Assembly: GCA_965552055.1 (NCBI GenBank)
Contig: CBEVQO010000004.1
Span: 169,833-233,832 of the forward strand
Source: an uncultured bacterium
GTDB lineage: Bacteria > Hydrothermota > UBA3073 > NMUJ01 > CBEVQO01
Direction of reading: 5' to 3'
Length of the DNA: 64,000 nt
In this document: positions 9,486 through 19,144 of the stretch, piece by piece
How positions within the stretch are numbered: the first letter of the stretch is position 1
Layout of the letters: each line of letters begins with the position of its first letter
Made by a program: the position numbers and the translations under genes
The notes under the pieces: model-generated
What the model was told of the DNA's origin: nothing
Seen by the model: the letters and a program-made list of their open reading frames with translations, nothing else
Database searches by the model: none

Positions 9486-10697
9486 ATGATTTTATTTTTA
9501 ATTCTTACGAAAATTTTGATTCCCATGGATTTTGACCAGATAAATCATTTGAAAGCATATGGTGTAGTTTACAGGACTTTGCAAAAAGATATAAAAGTAG
9601 AATGGCTTTTGAACTACAGAGGCGGTTCTTTTTTGATGGATTATTATGATTTCATTGAAAAAGAGTTATTAAGAGAAGGGGTTTCCTATGAGATAATTTC
9701 CGAATCAGAAGCACAGGCAATTTACAAAGATATAGAGCAACATAATATGGAAAGAATAGTTCTTGAAGTAGCTCCGAAGATTGCGGTATATGCTCCGCCT
9801 TATGCCGAGCCATGGGATGATGCAGTAAGATTAGCACTTGACTATGCTGGCATACCTTATGATGTGATATACGATCCAGAAGTGTTATCGGGCGCACTAT
9901 CAAATTATGACTGGTTACATTTACATCATGAAGATTTTACAGGGCAATTTGGTAAATTTTATGGTTCTTACAGGTATGCTCCGTGGTTTAAGCGTCAGGT
10001 TGAGTTCAATAAAAGTCTGGCGAGGAAACTTGGCTTCAAAAAAGTGTGGCAGATGAAACATGCCGTTGCCCAAAAAATAAAAGAATATGTTGAAAAAGGC
10101 GGATTTTTGTTTGCTATGTGCTCGGCTACAGAAACGATTGACATTGCTCTTGCAGCACTCGGTATGGATATCGTTCCTTTAATAGATGGTGATGGAGTGG
10201 AACCCAATTGTCAGGAAAAATTAAATTACGAGAATACTTTTGCATTTACAAATTTTGAAGTTGACTTAAATCCCTATAGATACAGGCATTCTGACATTGA
10301 TGTTACAGATGAAGCAATTATAAGAGGTCCCAAAACTTACTTTAAATTGCATACATTTTCAGCGAAATATGACCCAATACCAACGATGTTGACGCAAGAC
10401 CATACACATCTTATAAAAGAGTTTTTGGGTCAAACAACTGGTTTTCGTCGCAGTTTGATAAAGAAAGATGTTGTGATACTTGCAGATGTACCCGGTACAG
10501 AAGAAGTTAAATACATTTACGGGAGCTGTGGTAAGGGCTTTTTCGCTTTTTACGGTGGACATGACCCTGAGGATTACGCACATTATGTAGGCGAGCGACC
10601 AACAAATTTAGAGTTGCACAAAAATTCACCAGGTTACAGATTGATTTTGAATAATGTATTATTCCCGGCAGCAAAAGTCAAGAAGTTAAAGACATGA
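9486..10697 (+). CDS. Conserved exported protein with a class I glutamine-amidotransferase-like fold (family often labelled 'asparagine synthetase B' in Bacteroidota)
   Basis: LIPMD..Q.NHLKAYG, WDDAV, DWLHLHHEDFTGQ, FAMCSAT, GGHDPEDY, NSPGYRLILNN. ATG 9486 sits just after the pmbA stop. Confidence 0.75.
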   Translation: MILFLILTKILIPMDFDQINHLKAYGVVYRTLQKDIKVEWLLNYRGGSFLMDYYDFIEKELLREGVSYEIISESEAQAIYKDIEQHNMERIVLEVAPKIAVYAPPYAEPWDDAVRLALDYAGIPYDVIYDPEVLSGALSNYDWLHLHHEDFTGQFGKFYGSYRYAPWFKRQVEFNKSLARKLGFKKVWQMKHAVAQKIKEYVEKGGFLFAMCSATETIDIALAALGMDIVPLIDGDGVEPNCQEKLNYENTFAFTNFEVDLNPYRYRHSDIDVTDEAIIRGPKTYFKLHTFSAKYDPIPTMLTQDHTHLIKEFLGQTTGFRRSLIKKDVVILADVPGTEEVKYIYGSCGKGFFAFYGGHDPEDYAHYVGERPTNLELHKNSPGYRLILNNVLFPAAKVKKLKT

Positions 10698-11329
10698 GTT
10701 TAAGGCTTATAATAATACGACATGGAGAAAGCGAGGGCAATGCTCAAAACTTATTCAGAGGACAGATGGATTTTCCTTTGACACAAAGAGGAGTGGAACA
10801 GGCAAAATCACTTGCAGAAGAATTATCAAAAAGATTTGAGATAAAAACAATTTATTCAAGTCCATTACAAAGGGCAAGGGAGACCGCAAAAATAATTGCA
10901 GAAAAATGCAATGCAAATCTCATAATAGATGAAAGTTTTAACAATATAAAACTCGGTGATTGGGAAGGCAAACCCAAAAATGAGATTGCACAAAAATATC
11001 CAAAAGAATGGAAAATATGGATTACAGAGCCTGAAAAGTTGAAACTCAAAGGTGCAGAGACGCTCGATAATGTGCAGAAGAGAGCGGTAGAAGCAGTAAA
11101 AAGGATAGTAAATACAGAAAAAGAAGGAGATATATGCATCGTTACCCACAGAGCCGTAATTAAGCCATTAATCGCAGGGTTAATCGGTATCACCAAACCT
11201 TATTTCTGGAAAATACACACAGATACCGCATCATTTAGTGTCATAGAATATGAAAAAGAAAGAGGTTTTATTTTGAAACTTTTAAATTACACAGACCATC
11301 TTAAAGAATTTATAGAAGAAAAAGTATGA
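10694..11329 (+). CDS. Histidine phosphatase (phosphoglycerate mutase family)
   Basis: IRHGES, YSSPLQRARETA, VTH. Confidence 0.9.
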   Translation: MSLRLIIIRHGESEGNAQNLFRGQMDFPLTQRGVEQAKSLAEELSKRFEIKTIYSSPLQRARETAKIIAEKCNANLIIDESFNNIKLGDWEGKPKNEIAQKYPKEWKIWITEPEKLKLKGAETLDNVQKRAVEAVKRIVNTEKEGDICIVTHRAVIKPLIAGLIGITKPYFWKIHTDTASFSVIEYEKERGFILKLLNYTDHLKEFIEEKV

Positions 11330-12381
11330 TTTTGATTTTTATACTTATTGCAGGCTGGCAAAAAGATTTAATGAACGCAAAAAAGTATGAGAGAAAGGGG
11401 AATTTTACAAAAGCAGAAAGTTTGTATATTAAGGCATTTAGAAAAGCACCCGAAAGGGTTTATTCTGAACTGAAAAGGTTTTACGAAAAAAGAGAAGAAT
11501 ACGAAAAATTGAAGAAAATAACTCTGGAGTTTTTAAAAGAAAATCCATATCACAAAAAGGCTATAAAAACATTGATAAAAGTTTGCGAAAAACTCGGCGA
11601 TAAATATTCGGCAATCAATTATCTCAAAAAATTAAAGAATAAAATGGTTTACGAAGAAATAGCAAATCTCTATCTTGAACGAGGCGATACTTTAAAAGCA
11701 CTCAAATATTATAAAAAAGCACAGAACAATTTAAAAATTGGGTTAATTTTGAAAGATAAAAAACCTGAAAAAGCGATAAAATATTTGAAAAAGGAAAAAG
11801 GTGATAAAGCGAAGATAGGGCTTTTTGAATGTTATTTAAAACTTGGAAGATTTGAAGATGCCAAAAGAGCAATAGAAGGCACACGCGATGAGAATTATTT
11901 TATAGGACTTGTAGATTTTTATGATGGCAATATAGAATCCGCGAAACTACATTTTTCCAGAGTTTTACCATCTTCTCCCTATGCTCGTGAGGCTATGAAA
12001 AGAATTTTTTTGATTTCAGAATCTCAATCAGAAGATGATTTAAAAACAATTGCATTTGCCGAATTTTTAGTTTTTCAAAGGAAATTTAGGGAAGCGAAAA
12101 GAGCTCTTATGAGTGTGCAGGATAGTACTTTGCGTGATGATGCTTTCCTTTTGCTCGGTGAAATTTATGAAAAGGAAAAAAATATAAAGTCGGCTATATC
12201 TGCTTATACTTATATAATAACACATTACAACAATTTTTCAGCACAACTTGCATACCTAAAATTATGTAAAATATTTAAGAAACAAAAGAAGAAAGAAGAA
12301 ATTAAAAATTTAAGAGAAGAATTTATAAGAAAATTTCCAGCGAGTCCACTTTTGCCATATATAAAAGAAATAACAATGTGA
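11326..12381 (+). CDS. Tetratricopeptide repeat protein, probably exported
   Basis: Short hydrophobic N-terminus, repeated TPR-like helices, ending FPASPL. Confidence 0.75.
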   Translation: MILIFILIAGWQKDLMNAKKYERKGNFTKAESLYIKAFRKAPERVYSELKRFYEKREEYEKLKKITLEFLKENPYHKKAIKTLIKVCEKLGDKYSAINYLKKLKNKMVYEEIANLYLERGDTLKALKYYKKAQNNLKIGLILKDKKPEKAIKYLKKEKGDKAKIGLFECYLKLGRFEDAKRAIEGTRDENYFIGLVDFYDGNIESAKLHFSRVLPSSPYAREAMKRIFLISESQSEDDLKTIAFAEFLVFQRKFREAKRALMSVQDSTLRDDAFLLLGEIYEKEKNIKSAISAYTYIITHYNNFSAQLAYLKLCKIFKKQKKKEEIKNLREEFIRKFPASPLLPYIKEITM

Positions 12382-12382
12382 G

Positions 12383-14485
12383 ATGAAAAAGATTTTGCAA
12401 AATTATAAAACAGGAGAAATCGAAATTGCAGAAGTACCTGTTCCGGCTGTCAAAAAGGGCTATATTTTGGTGAAAAACCTTTATTCTGCTGTGAGTGTGG
12501 GAACCGAGCGTGCCAAAGTTGAACTTGCTCGCAAAAATATTTTGCAAAAAGTTATGGAAAGGAAAGATGATTTAAAAAAATTCTGGATGATGGTGAAAAG
12601 AGAGGGCTTCTTATCTGCTTACAGGAAAGCGAAAACTATTTTAGAAACCCCAAGACCACTTGGTTATTCATGCTGTGGAAAGGTGGTTGAGATTTCAGAA
12701 GGTATAGATAACATAAGAGTGGGTGACATTGTTGCATGTGCAGGCGATGATGCTCATCATGCAGAGTTTGTGTGCTGTAACAGAGCGTTATGTGTGAAAG
12801 TGCCAGAAGAAGTTTTGCCAGAAGAAGCCGCTTTTGTAGCACTTGGTTCAATCGCAATAAATGCCGTAAGAAAAGCAGAAGCACAAATCGGAGATAAAAT
12901 ATGTGTAATAGGGCTCGGATTAATCGGACTTATAATCACCCAAATTTTAAAATCAGCAGGCTGTAAAGTTTATGGAATCGATGTAAATGAAAAACGAATC
13001 GAACTGGCAAAAAAATTCGGAGCAGAAGTTAGCAATAAAATAGATTTTGAGAAAATTAAAGATTTTACAGAAGGAGTTGGATTTGATTCTGTTATTTTAT
13101 CTTTGTCAACATCAGAGGAAGATATAATGGATAAAGCAGGTAAAATTGCCCGTGATAGAGGCAAAATAATAATCGTAGGAGTGTTCCCCATCCAGATTCC
13201 CCGTGACATTTACTATTACAAAGATTTAGAAGTAAGAATTGTAAGGTCTTATGGTCCCGGTAGATATGACCCGATTTATGAAGAGAAATCAATAGATTAT
13301 CCTGTTGGATATGTTAGATGGACAGAAAATCGCAATATGAAGGAATTTATCGAATTGCTGAAGAATAAAGAAATCACTTTAAGACCTTTAATAACCCATA
13401 TTTTCCCGATTGAAAAAGCAAAAGATGCCTATCAATTGATTCGTGAGAAAAAAGAAGAGTTTGTAGGAGTGTTATTTAAATATCCAGAGGAAGAAAAGGT
13501 AATAAGAGTGATTGAGAAGAAAAGGGAATATAAAGGTGAGAAGGTGAATCTTGGGGTTATAGGTGCAGGTAAATTCTGTCAGTCAAATCTTTTGCCCCAT
13601 TTAAAAGAGAAAGTTTATTTTAAAGCGGTATGTAATGAGCATCCTGAAAGTTCTTTTTATGTTCAGAAGAAATTTGGATTTGAGCGCGCTACAACCAATC
13701 CCGAAGATATTATAAATGACAAAGAAATAAATGCAGTTTTGATTGCAACGAGACACGATACACATGCGGAATTGATAAAAAAATCATTATTAAAGGATAA
13801 ATATGTATTTTGCGAAAAACCACTTGCGATAAAAATTGAAGATGTGTTTGAAATTAAGAAGATAGTTGAAGAAAGGGGTAGTAGATTGCAGATAGGTTTT
13901 AACAGAAGGTTTTCGCCATCGGTTGTTGAGGCAAAGAAAGAGATGGGAGATGGTATCTTTTTAATAAATTACAGGGTTAATGCAGGTGAGATTGAAAAGA
14001 CTCACTGGGTGCAGGATTTGGATGTAGGTGGTGGCAGGATTATAGGTGAAGTTTGTCATTTTGTTGATACTCTTATTTATCTTCTATCCGATAGACCTGT
14101 TGAAGTTTTTGCATACTCTACGCCTGATTCTGTAAATTTTGACAATGCAATTATAAATTTGAAGTTCGGGCGCGGTTCAATCGCAAATGTAATTTACGCA
14201 TCAAAAGGTGATAAATATTTTGAAAAGGAGAGGATAGAAATCTTTGGCAAAGGTAAAGTTATAATAATCGAAGATTTTAAAAGGTTGAGGATTTCAAAAG
14301 AAGGTGTAGAAAGAGTAAAAGAGTTAAAAGGTAAAGGTTTTAAGGAAGAACTTCGGGCATTTATAGATGCTGTAGAAAAAGGCAAACCCTCGCCCATAAG
14401 TTTTGAGGATATTTTCTATACGAGTTTAACGACATTCGCAATAATCGAAAGCATAAAGAAAAATTCACCAAAAAATATTCGATAA
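12383..14485 (+). CDS. Bi-domain oxidoreductase (Zn-ADH-like + Gfo/Idh/MocA), sugar-nucleotide modification
   Basis: SVGTE, PLGYS, GLGLIG, SYGPGRYD, RWTENRNM; GAGKF, ATRHDTHA, EKP, GFNRRF, IGEVCHF. Confidence 0.9.
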   Translation: MKKILQNYKTGEIEIAEVPVPAVKKGYILVKNLYSAVSVGTERAKVELARKNILQKVMERKDDLKKFWMMVKREGFLSAYRKAKTILETPRPLGYSCCGKVVEISEGIDNIRVGDIVACAGDDAHHAEFVCCNRALCVKVPEEVLPEEAAFVALGSIAINAVRKAEAQIGDKICVIGLGLIGLIITQILKSAGCKVYGIDVNEKRIELAKKFGAEVSNKIDFEKIKDFTEGVGFDSVILSLSTSEEDIMDKAGKIARDRGKIIIVGVFPIQIPRDIYYYKDLEVRIVRSYGPGRYDPIYEEKSIDYPVGYVRWTENRNMKEFIELLKNKEITLRPLITHIFPIEKAKDAYQLIREKKEEFVGVLFKYPEEEKVIRVIEKKREYKGEKVNLGVIGAGKFCQSNLLPHLKEKVYFKAVCNEHPESSFYVQKKFGFERATTNPEDIINDKEINAVLIATRHDTHAELIKKSLLKDKYVFCEKPLAIKIEDVFEIKKIVEERGSRLQIGFNRRFSPSVVEAKKEMGDGIFLINYRVNAGEIEKTHWVQDLDVGGGRIIGEVCHFVDTLIYLLSDRPVEVFAYSTPDSVNFDNAIINLKFGRGSIANVIYASKGDKYFEKERIEIFGKGKVIIIEDFKRLRISKEGVERVKELKGKGFKEELRAFIDAVEKGKPSPISFEDIFYTSLTTFAIIESIKKNSPKNIR

Positions 14486-14546
14486 AAATTTTAACACAAA
14501 TTTCAAAATTTTAACATGTACCATTAAAAATTTTTTCATTTTACCC

Positions 14547-14573
14547 TTGACAAAAAAACGAGTATATTAAAAT
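14547..14573 (+). promoter_or_regulatory. Promoter TTGACA-N15-TAAAAT
   Basis: TTGACA 14547-52, TAAAAT 14568-73, then a G-rich SD and ATG 14587. Confidence 0.65.
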
Positions 14574-14586
14574 AAAAAGGGGGGAT

Positions 14587-16989
14587 ATGTTGTTGCTGTT
14601 GATTTTAAGTTTAAATGTGGACTGGTTGAAGTATTATGGATTTCCCTGGTGGGGCAAAGACATCGGTAAATGTTCTTTTAAATGTTCAAATGGCTATATT
14701 GTGTTTGGTAATTCTGATGGTAAAACTTATTTAGTAAGGATAGATGAAAATGGCGATACTTTATGGACGAAGAAGATAGGAGGCGGGCTTATAAGCGTTG
14801 AAGAAGCTATTGACGGAGGATATATTGTAATATGCGAAAAAGCGCCTCATTATTATGCTGAAAAGATTGATGAATTCGGGAATGTGCTGTGGGAAAAGGA
14901 ACTTCCGGAAACCAGTTACGATTATTATCAACCTGTGATTATACGCTCTGATAGCGGTTATGCGGTGTTGCGTATGGCATTTGATACAGTTAGTGGAGAT
15001 TGTGGTATGGCTCTGTTGAATGCGGATATGAATTTTAATATTATGTGGGAAAAAATTTATTTCCCGCCACCGGAAACCTCTTTTGGATTCGATAAAGATT
15101 TCTGCAAAACAAAAGATGGCTTTGTTATAGTGGGTGAAAAATACCCGGGAGGTACTTTTGTAATGAAAGTCGATAAATCGGGCAATATTATCTGGAATAA
15201 AAATTATTATCGTTTTACTCCTTATGATATTATAACTACGAGCGATTCTTTTTATGTAATTGTGGGTGAAAAAGATAAAGACATTTATCTGTTGAAACTG
15301 GATAAAAATGGTGATACTTTATGGTCAAAGAGATATGGCGATACTTTGACCGATTGCGGATATTGTGTAAAAGAAATTCCATCGGGATACATAATCGGAG
15401 GATTTACAACCTCACAGGATACTGATTTTTATCTCTTAAAGGTTGATAAAGATGGTAACATTATATGGTCAAAAATTTATCAAAGGGAATCAATTCAAAA
15501 GCTATACGATGTACTTATCATGGATAATGGCTTCTTACTCACAGGATATTATCGTTTTGATGAAAATCCTTATGAGGAAGTTTATATTATGCTTGTTGAT
15601 ACTAATGGTGCGCCAATGTGGGAGAAGACATTTGGTTATCCACGGGGATGTGAATCAGGTGTTCGAGTGATTCGCACTTCTGATGGCAATTTTGTAATCG
15701 CTGGATTAACAGAATTATTTTTTTCAAATTCCCATCATTCACATCTCTGGGTGCTAAAAATAAATGCAGATGGTGATACACTTTTCAGTAAAAAATATAA
15801 AATAGGTGAAAATACGGCAGGACTTTATGTCGAAGAAGATAGTGACTCTGGGTTTATAATATGTGGTATCGTTGATACTGCAGAAGATGGAATTGAAAAT
15901 TATGATTTGCTTATCATGAAACTTGATAAATACGGTAATTTGGTGTGGTACAGAAATTTTGATGCAGGGATGCAGGAAGAAGGATTGGAGATTCATAAAA
16001 CAAGTGACGGCGGATATATAGTGGTTGGTAACTTTGGACCTTATCTTATAAGTTACGGTGGACCTTACTATAAATCCGAATCTTCCTATTATGTTTATCT
16101 TGTAAAACTGGATAAAGAAGGAAATCTCGAATGGTCGAAAACATATTCTTTTGCAGATGATTGGACCGGGTGGTCTGTGGTAGAAGACAGTGGCTTTGTA
16201 GTATCTGGTTATATTTTTAGAGATCATCCTTTTCCTTTGCTTTTTAAATGTGATTATAATGGAAATTTAATCTGGTATAAAATTTATGATGATTCATCGC
16301 ACTCTCCTCGTGGTGAAATCTATCGCATGTTAAAAACAGAAGACGGATATATTCTTTGTGGTAATTCTATACATCCCATGAGTGGCAGTTACAATTTTAG
16401 AGTGTTTTTAATGAAAGTAGATAAATTAGGTGAAATCTTGTGGTTAAAAGAGTATGGTCCTGACACTACTCCTATTGCATGCAGGGGACTTGATGTTAGG
16501 TTTGATGATGCAGGCTACATAATTTGTGGGTTAAAAGGTTATTTTGAGTGCGGTGGGATAAATTCCCCTGATATTTATATTGTGAAAGTAGATAGTCAGG
16601 GTAATCTCATTTCCCGGGGTGAAGCAGGAGAAGATTGGATGTGGATTCAAGCAAATTCAATTCAACCATTTGAAGGAGGATATATCGTTTGTGGTTTCGG
16701 ACGCAGTGAAATTTACCCATCCGACGGCATCATAGCATTGAGAATATCGAATATAGGAATGGAAGAAAATAAGAAATTTAACGATATAAAAAAATGCATC
16801 TTAACACAGGGGATTATAAATTTTGACTCAAAAATCAATTTAAAACTCTATGATATTACAGGTAGATGCATAAAAAATATAAGGGGAACCAGGATTTTGA
16901 ATATAAGAGATTTACCACAAGGAATTTATTTCTTGCATACAAAAAGAGAAGATAAAAAAGACAAAATAAAAATCATTCTGATAAAATAA
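14587..16989 (+). CDS. Beta-propeller repeat protein with a T9SS type-A C-terminal sorting domain
   Basis: Many (K)xDxxGxxLWxKxY repeats; C-terminal LYDITGR...LPQGIYFL...KIILIK. Confidence 0.8.
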   Translation: MLLLLILSLNVDWLKYYGFPWWGKDIGKCSFKCSNGYIVFGNSDGKTYLVRIDENGDTLWTKKIGGGLISVEEAIDGGYIVICEKAPHYYAEKIDEFGNVLWEKELPETSYDYYQPVIIRSDSGYAVLRMAFDTVSGDCGMALLNADMNFNIMWEKIYFPPPETSFGFDKDFCKTKDGFVIVGEKYPGGTFVMKVDKSGNIIWNKNYYRFTPYDIITTSDSFYVIVGEKDKDIYLLKLDKNGDTLWSKRYGDTLTDCGYCVKEIPSGYIIGGFTTSQDTDFYLLKVDKDGNIIWSKIYQRESIQKLYDVLIMDNGFLLTGYYRFDENPYEEVYIMLVDTNGAPMWEKTFGYPRGCESGVRVIRTSDGNFVIAGLTELFFSNSHHSHLWVLKINADGDTLFSKKYKIGENTAGLYVEEDSDSGFIICGIVDTAEDGIENYDLLIMKLDKYGNLVWYRNFDAGMQEEGLEIHKTSDGGYIVVGNFGPYLISYGGPYYKSESSYYVYLVKLDKEGNLEWSKTYSFADDWTGWSVVEDSGFVVSGYIFRDHPFPLLFKCDYNGNLIWYKIYDDSSHSPRGEIYRMLKTEDGYILCGNSIHPMSGSYNFRVFLMKVDKLGEILWLKEYGPDTTPIACRGLDVRFDDAGYIICGLKGYFECGGINSPDIYIVKVDSQGNLISRGEAGEDWMWIQANSIQPFEGGYIVCGFGRSEIYPSDGIIALRISNIGMEENKKFNDIKKCILTQGIINFDSKINLKLYDITGRCIKNIRGTRILNIRDLPQGIYFLHTKREDKKDKIKIILIK

Positions 16990-16992
16990 AAC

Positions 16993-17100
16993 TGCTGAAA
17001 AATATTAACCTTATAGAAATGGGTCGCGGAGGGCGGAGCCCTCCGAAAAATCTCTGGGCGGGTGGGATAAATAAAAATTGAAAAATAAAATTTTTCAGCA
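16993..17100. mobile_element. Putative MITE/IS-end remnant with an internal REP-like hairpin
   Basis: 11-bp perfect terminal inverted repeat TGCTGAAAAAT (16993-17003) / ATTTTTCAGCA (17090-17100). Internal GC hairpin CGGAGGGC-GGA-GCCCTCCG (17027-17045). Confidence 0.5.
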
Positions 17101-17149
17101 ACCTCTAAAATAAATTATTGACTTTTTAATTTTTTGCATAAATTAAAAG

Positions 17150-17533
17150 ATGGGGAAAGTGGTGGAGAAGATAAAATTAAAAAATTTATTTGAGCCAGAG
17201 AAATCTGTGGAAGTGGATGCAGTCATAGATACAGGTGCAACAATGTTAGTTTTGCCTCAGGATATAGTAGAAAAGCTCGGCTTGCAAAAAGTAGATGAGA
17301 GAAGAGTGAGATACGCAAATAACCAAATTCAAATAAGACCTATTTACAGGGGCGTAATACTTGAACTAAAAGGCAGAGAAGGAATATTTGATGTGCTGTG
17401 CGAGGTAAAGGTCGCAGAACCACTTGTTGGACAAATAGTATTGGAAACTTTAGACCTAATAGTTGACCCTATCACAAAAACAGTGAAACCAAATCCAAAA
17501 TCACCAGATATGCCCACGGCAGAGATACTTTGA
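17150..17533 (+). CDS. Clan AA (retropepsin-like) aspartic protease
   Basis: AVIDTGAT motif; PLVGQIVLETLDLIVDP. Confidence 0.85.
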   Translation: MGKVVEKIKLKNLFEPEKSVEVDAVIDTGATMLVLPQDIVEKLGLQKVDERRVRYANNQIQIRPIYRGVILELKGREGIFDVLCEVKVAEPLVGQIVLETLDLIVDPITKTVKPNPKSPDMPTAEIL

Positions 17534-17556
17534 AAAGAGTCCAAGGGAGGTGGTTT

Positions 17557-17736
17557 ATGAAAAAGAAGAAAGAATTTGACGCTGTAAAGATGATGAGAGA
17601 GATTCGAGATAAATTGAGCAAAATATACAGTAAAGACCCAGAAGCTGAGGTAAAAGATTCGCAGAAAATAAGAGCAAAGTATGGAATCCATGCAAGAAGA
17701 AATAAAAAGGTTACTTTTAAAGATATTAAATTTTAA
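17557..17736 (+). CDS. Small hypothetical protein (KxFDAVKMMREIRD type, possibly antitoxin-like)
   Basis: SD GGGAGGTGG before ATG 17557; 59 aa. Confidence 0.55.
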   Translation: MKKKKEFDAVKMMREIRDKLSKIYSKDPEAEVKDSQKIRAKYGIHARRNKKVTFKDIKF

Positions 17737-18805
17737 TTTAGGGAAAAATTTTTGTGGCTTTGACCCCTATGATGGTATTTTTTGTGATTTGGGTTGCAAA
17801 ATTTTGCGTCAAATCTCGCAACAGACAATCAAATTATCACCCATAAATTTCAGGAAAGCACTTTTAATAAAAGAAAAAGTACATCCAAAAACTCTTGCGC
17901 TATTTTCAATGGGTTTATCAAATCTTTATGAAGTTTTAAAAGAAGAAAAATGTTTGGAACTCGCAGAAAATTTATTGATAAAATTAAAAGATTTAAAATC
18001 AAAGTATTTTCCGGAGTATTGCTGGGGGCATACTTTTGCGTGGCAAACAAGGGAAAAACTTATTCCTGAAAATTATCCAACTGCCGTAAATACCGCTATC
18101 TGTGCATCTGCATTTCTCGATTTTTATAAGCACAAAAGAAAAAAAGATTTTATCGAGATAGCAAAAAGTGCAGGTGATTTTTTGATGAAAAGGTTAAATA
18201 TTAAAGAAGATAGATTTTATTTGAGTTATACTCCCATTGATAGAAATTTCGTTCATAATGCAAATTCTTTATCTGCTGGTTTTTTATGCAAATTGTTTCA
18301 TTATACAGGAGAGCAGGAATATTTGAATTTTGCAGAAAAAGTGTTTGATACACTTATTTTTTATCAAAATTCTGATGGCGGATGGAATTATGGTTTAGCA
18401 CCTTATCAAAGGTGGATTGATGGCTTTCATACTGGTTTTACGCTGTGGGGTCTAAAATGGGCATTGGAATACGGAGGCACTGCGAAATATCAGGAAAATT
18501 TATCAAAGGGATATGTTTTCTACAGGGAAAAATTATTTGAGGCTGATTTCCCAAAATATTATTTGCATAAGTTTTATCCCACTGATTCTCATAATCTTGC
18601 TGTTGCAATCATTATCCTGTGTGAATTTAGGGAGATAAAAACTGCACTTGACATTGCAAGGTGGGTGATAGACAACTTTTATTGTTCATCAGGCTATTTT
18701 TATTTTCGTGATTATGGCTTTTACAGGATAAAAATACATTATCCGAGATGGAGTGATGCATGGCTTTTTTATTCTTTTTCTCTGCTTTTAAAAGAAATTA
18801 TTTGA
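17681..18805 (+). CDS. (alpha/alpha)-barrel protein of polysaccharide loci (GxDPYD family)
   Basis: GFDPYDG, CWG, LSYTP, VHNAN, QNSDGGW, WIDGFHTGF, YPRWSDAW. Confidence 0.7.
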   Translation: MESMQEEIKRLLLKILNFNLGKNFCGFDPYDGIFCDLGCKILRQISQQTIKLSPINFRKALLIKEKVHPKTLALFSMGLSNLYEVLKEEKCLELAENLLIKLKDLKSKYFPEYCWGHTFAWQTREKLIPENYPTAVNTAICASAFLDFYKHKRKKDFIEIAKSAGDFLMKRLNIKEDRFYLSYTPIDRNFVHNANSLSAGFLCKLFHYTGEQEYLNFAEKVFDTLIFYQNSDGGWNYGLAPYQRWIDGFHTGFTLWGLKWALEYGGTAKYQENLSKGYVFYREKLFEADFPKYYLHKFYPTDSHNLAVAIIILCEFREIKTALDIARWVIDNFYCSSGYFYFRDYGFYRIKIHYPRWSDAWLFYSFSLLLKEII

Positions 18806-18828
18806 CATTATGAGGATATGAATATATT
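18802..18828 (+). promoter_or_regulatory. Promoter TTGACA-N15-TATATT for the DUF4190-alaS run
   Basis: TTGACA 18802-07, TATATT 18823-28, SD GGGGGTGA, ATG 18842. Confidence 0.6.
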
Positions 18829-18841
18829 AAGAGGGGGTGAG

Positions 18842-19129
18842 ATGAGTACTTCTGGCAAAGCAATAACGAGCCTTGTACTTGGAATATGTGGCTGGGTGCT
18901 ACCAGTTGTGGGTGTTGTCTGCTCCATCCTTGCCATTATTTTCGGTATTCTTGCGAGAAATGAGATCAGGTCATCTGAAGGCAAACTGAGTGGCGAAGGC
19001 ATGGCACTTGCGGGCTTCATACTCGGTGTAACAGGACTTGCTGTGAATGTAGGAGTGTGGCTGTTTGTATGGAAATTAATTGTGGAGATAATAAGAGCAA
19101 CGCTTACTGTAAGTTCTATGTGTTTATAA
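18842..19129 (+). CDS. DUF4190 membrane protein
   Basis: SGKAITSLVLGI...AIIFGILARNEI...GEGMALAGFILG. Confidence 0.8.
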   Translation: MSTSGKAITSLVLGICGWVLPVVGVVCSILAIIFGILARNEIRSSEGKLSGEGMALAGFILGVTGLAVNVGVWLFVWKLIVEIIRATLTVSSMCL

Positions 19130-19144
19130 TTTTGTCTGTAAGAA

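Noticed and set aside
14485..14516. AAAATTTTAACA direct repeat, 20 bp apart, upstream of the 14547 promoter
   Set aside because: Low-complexity AT sequence; could be an operator but is unsupported.
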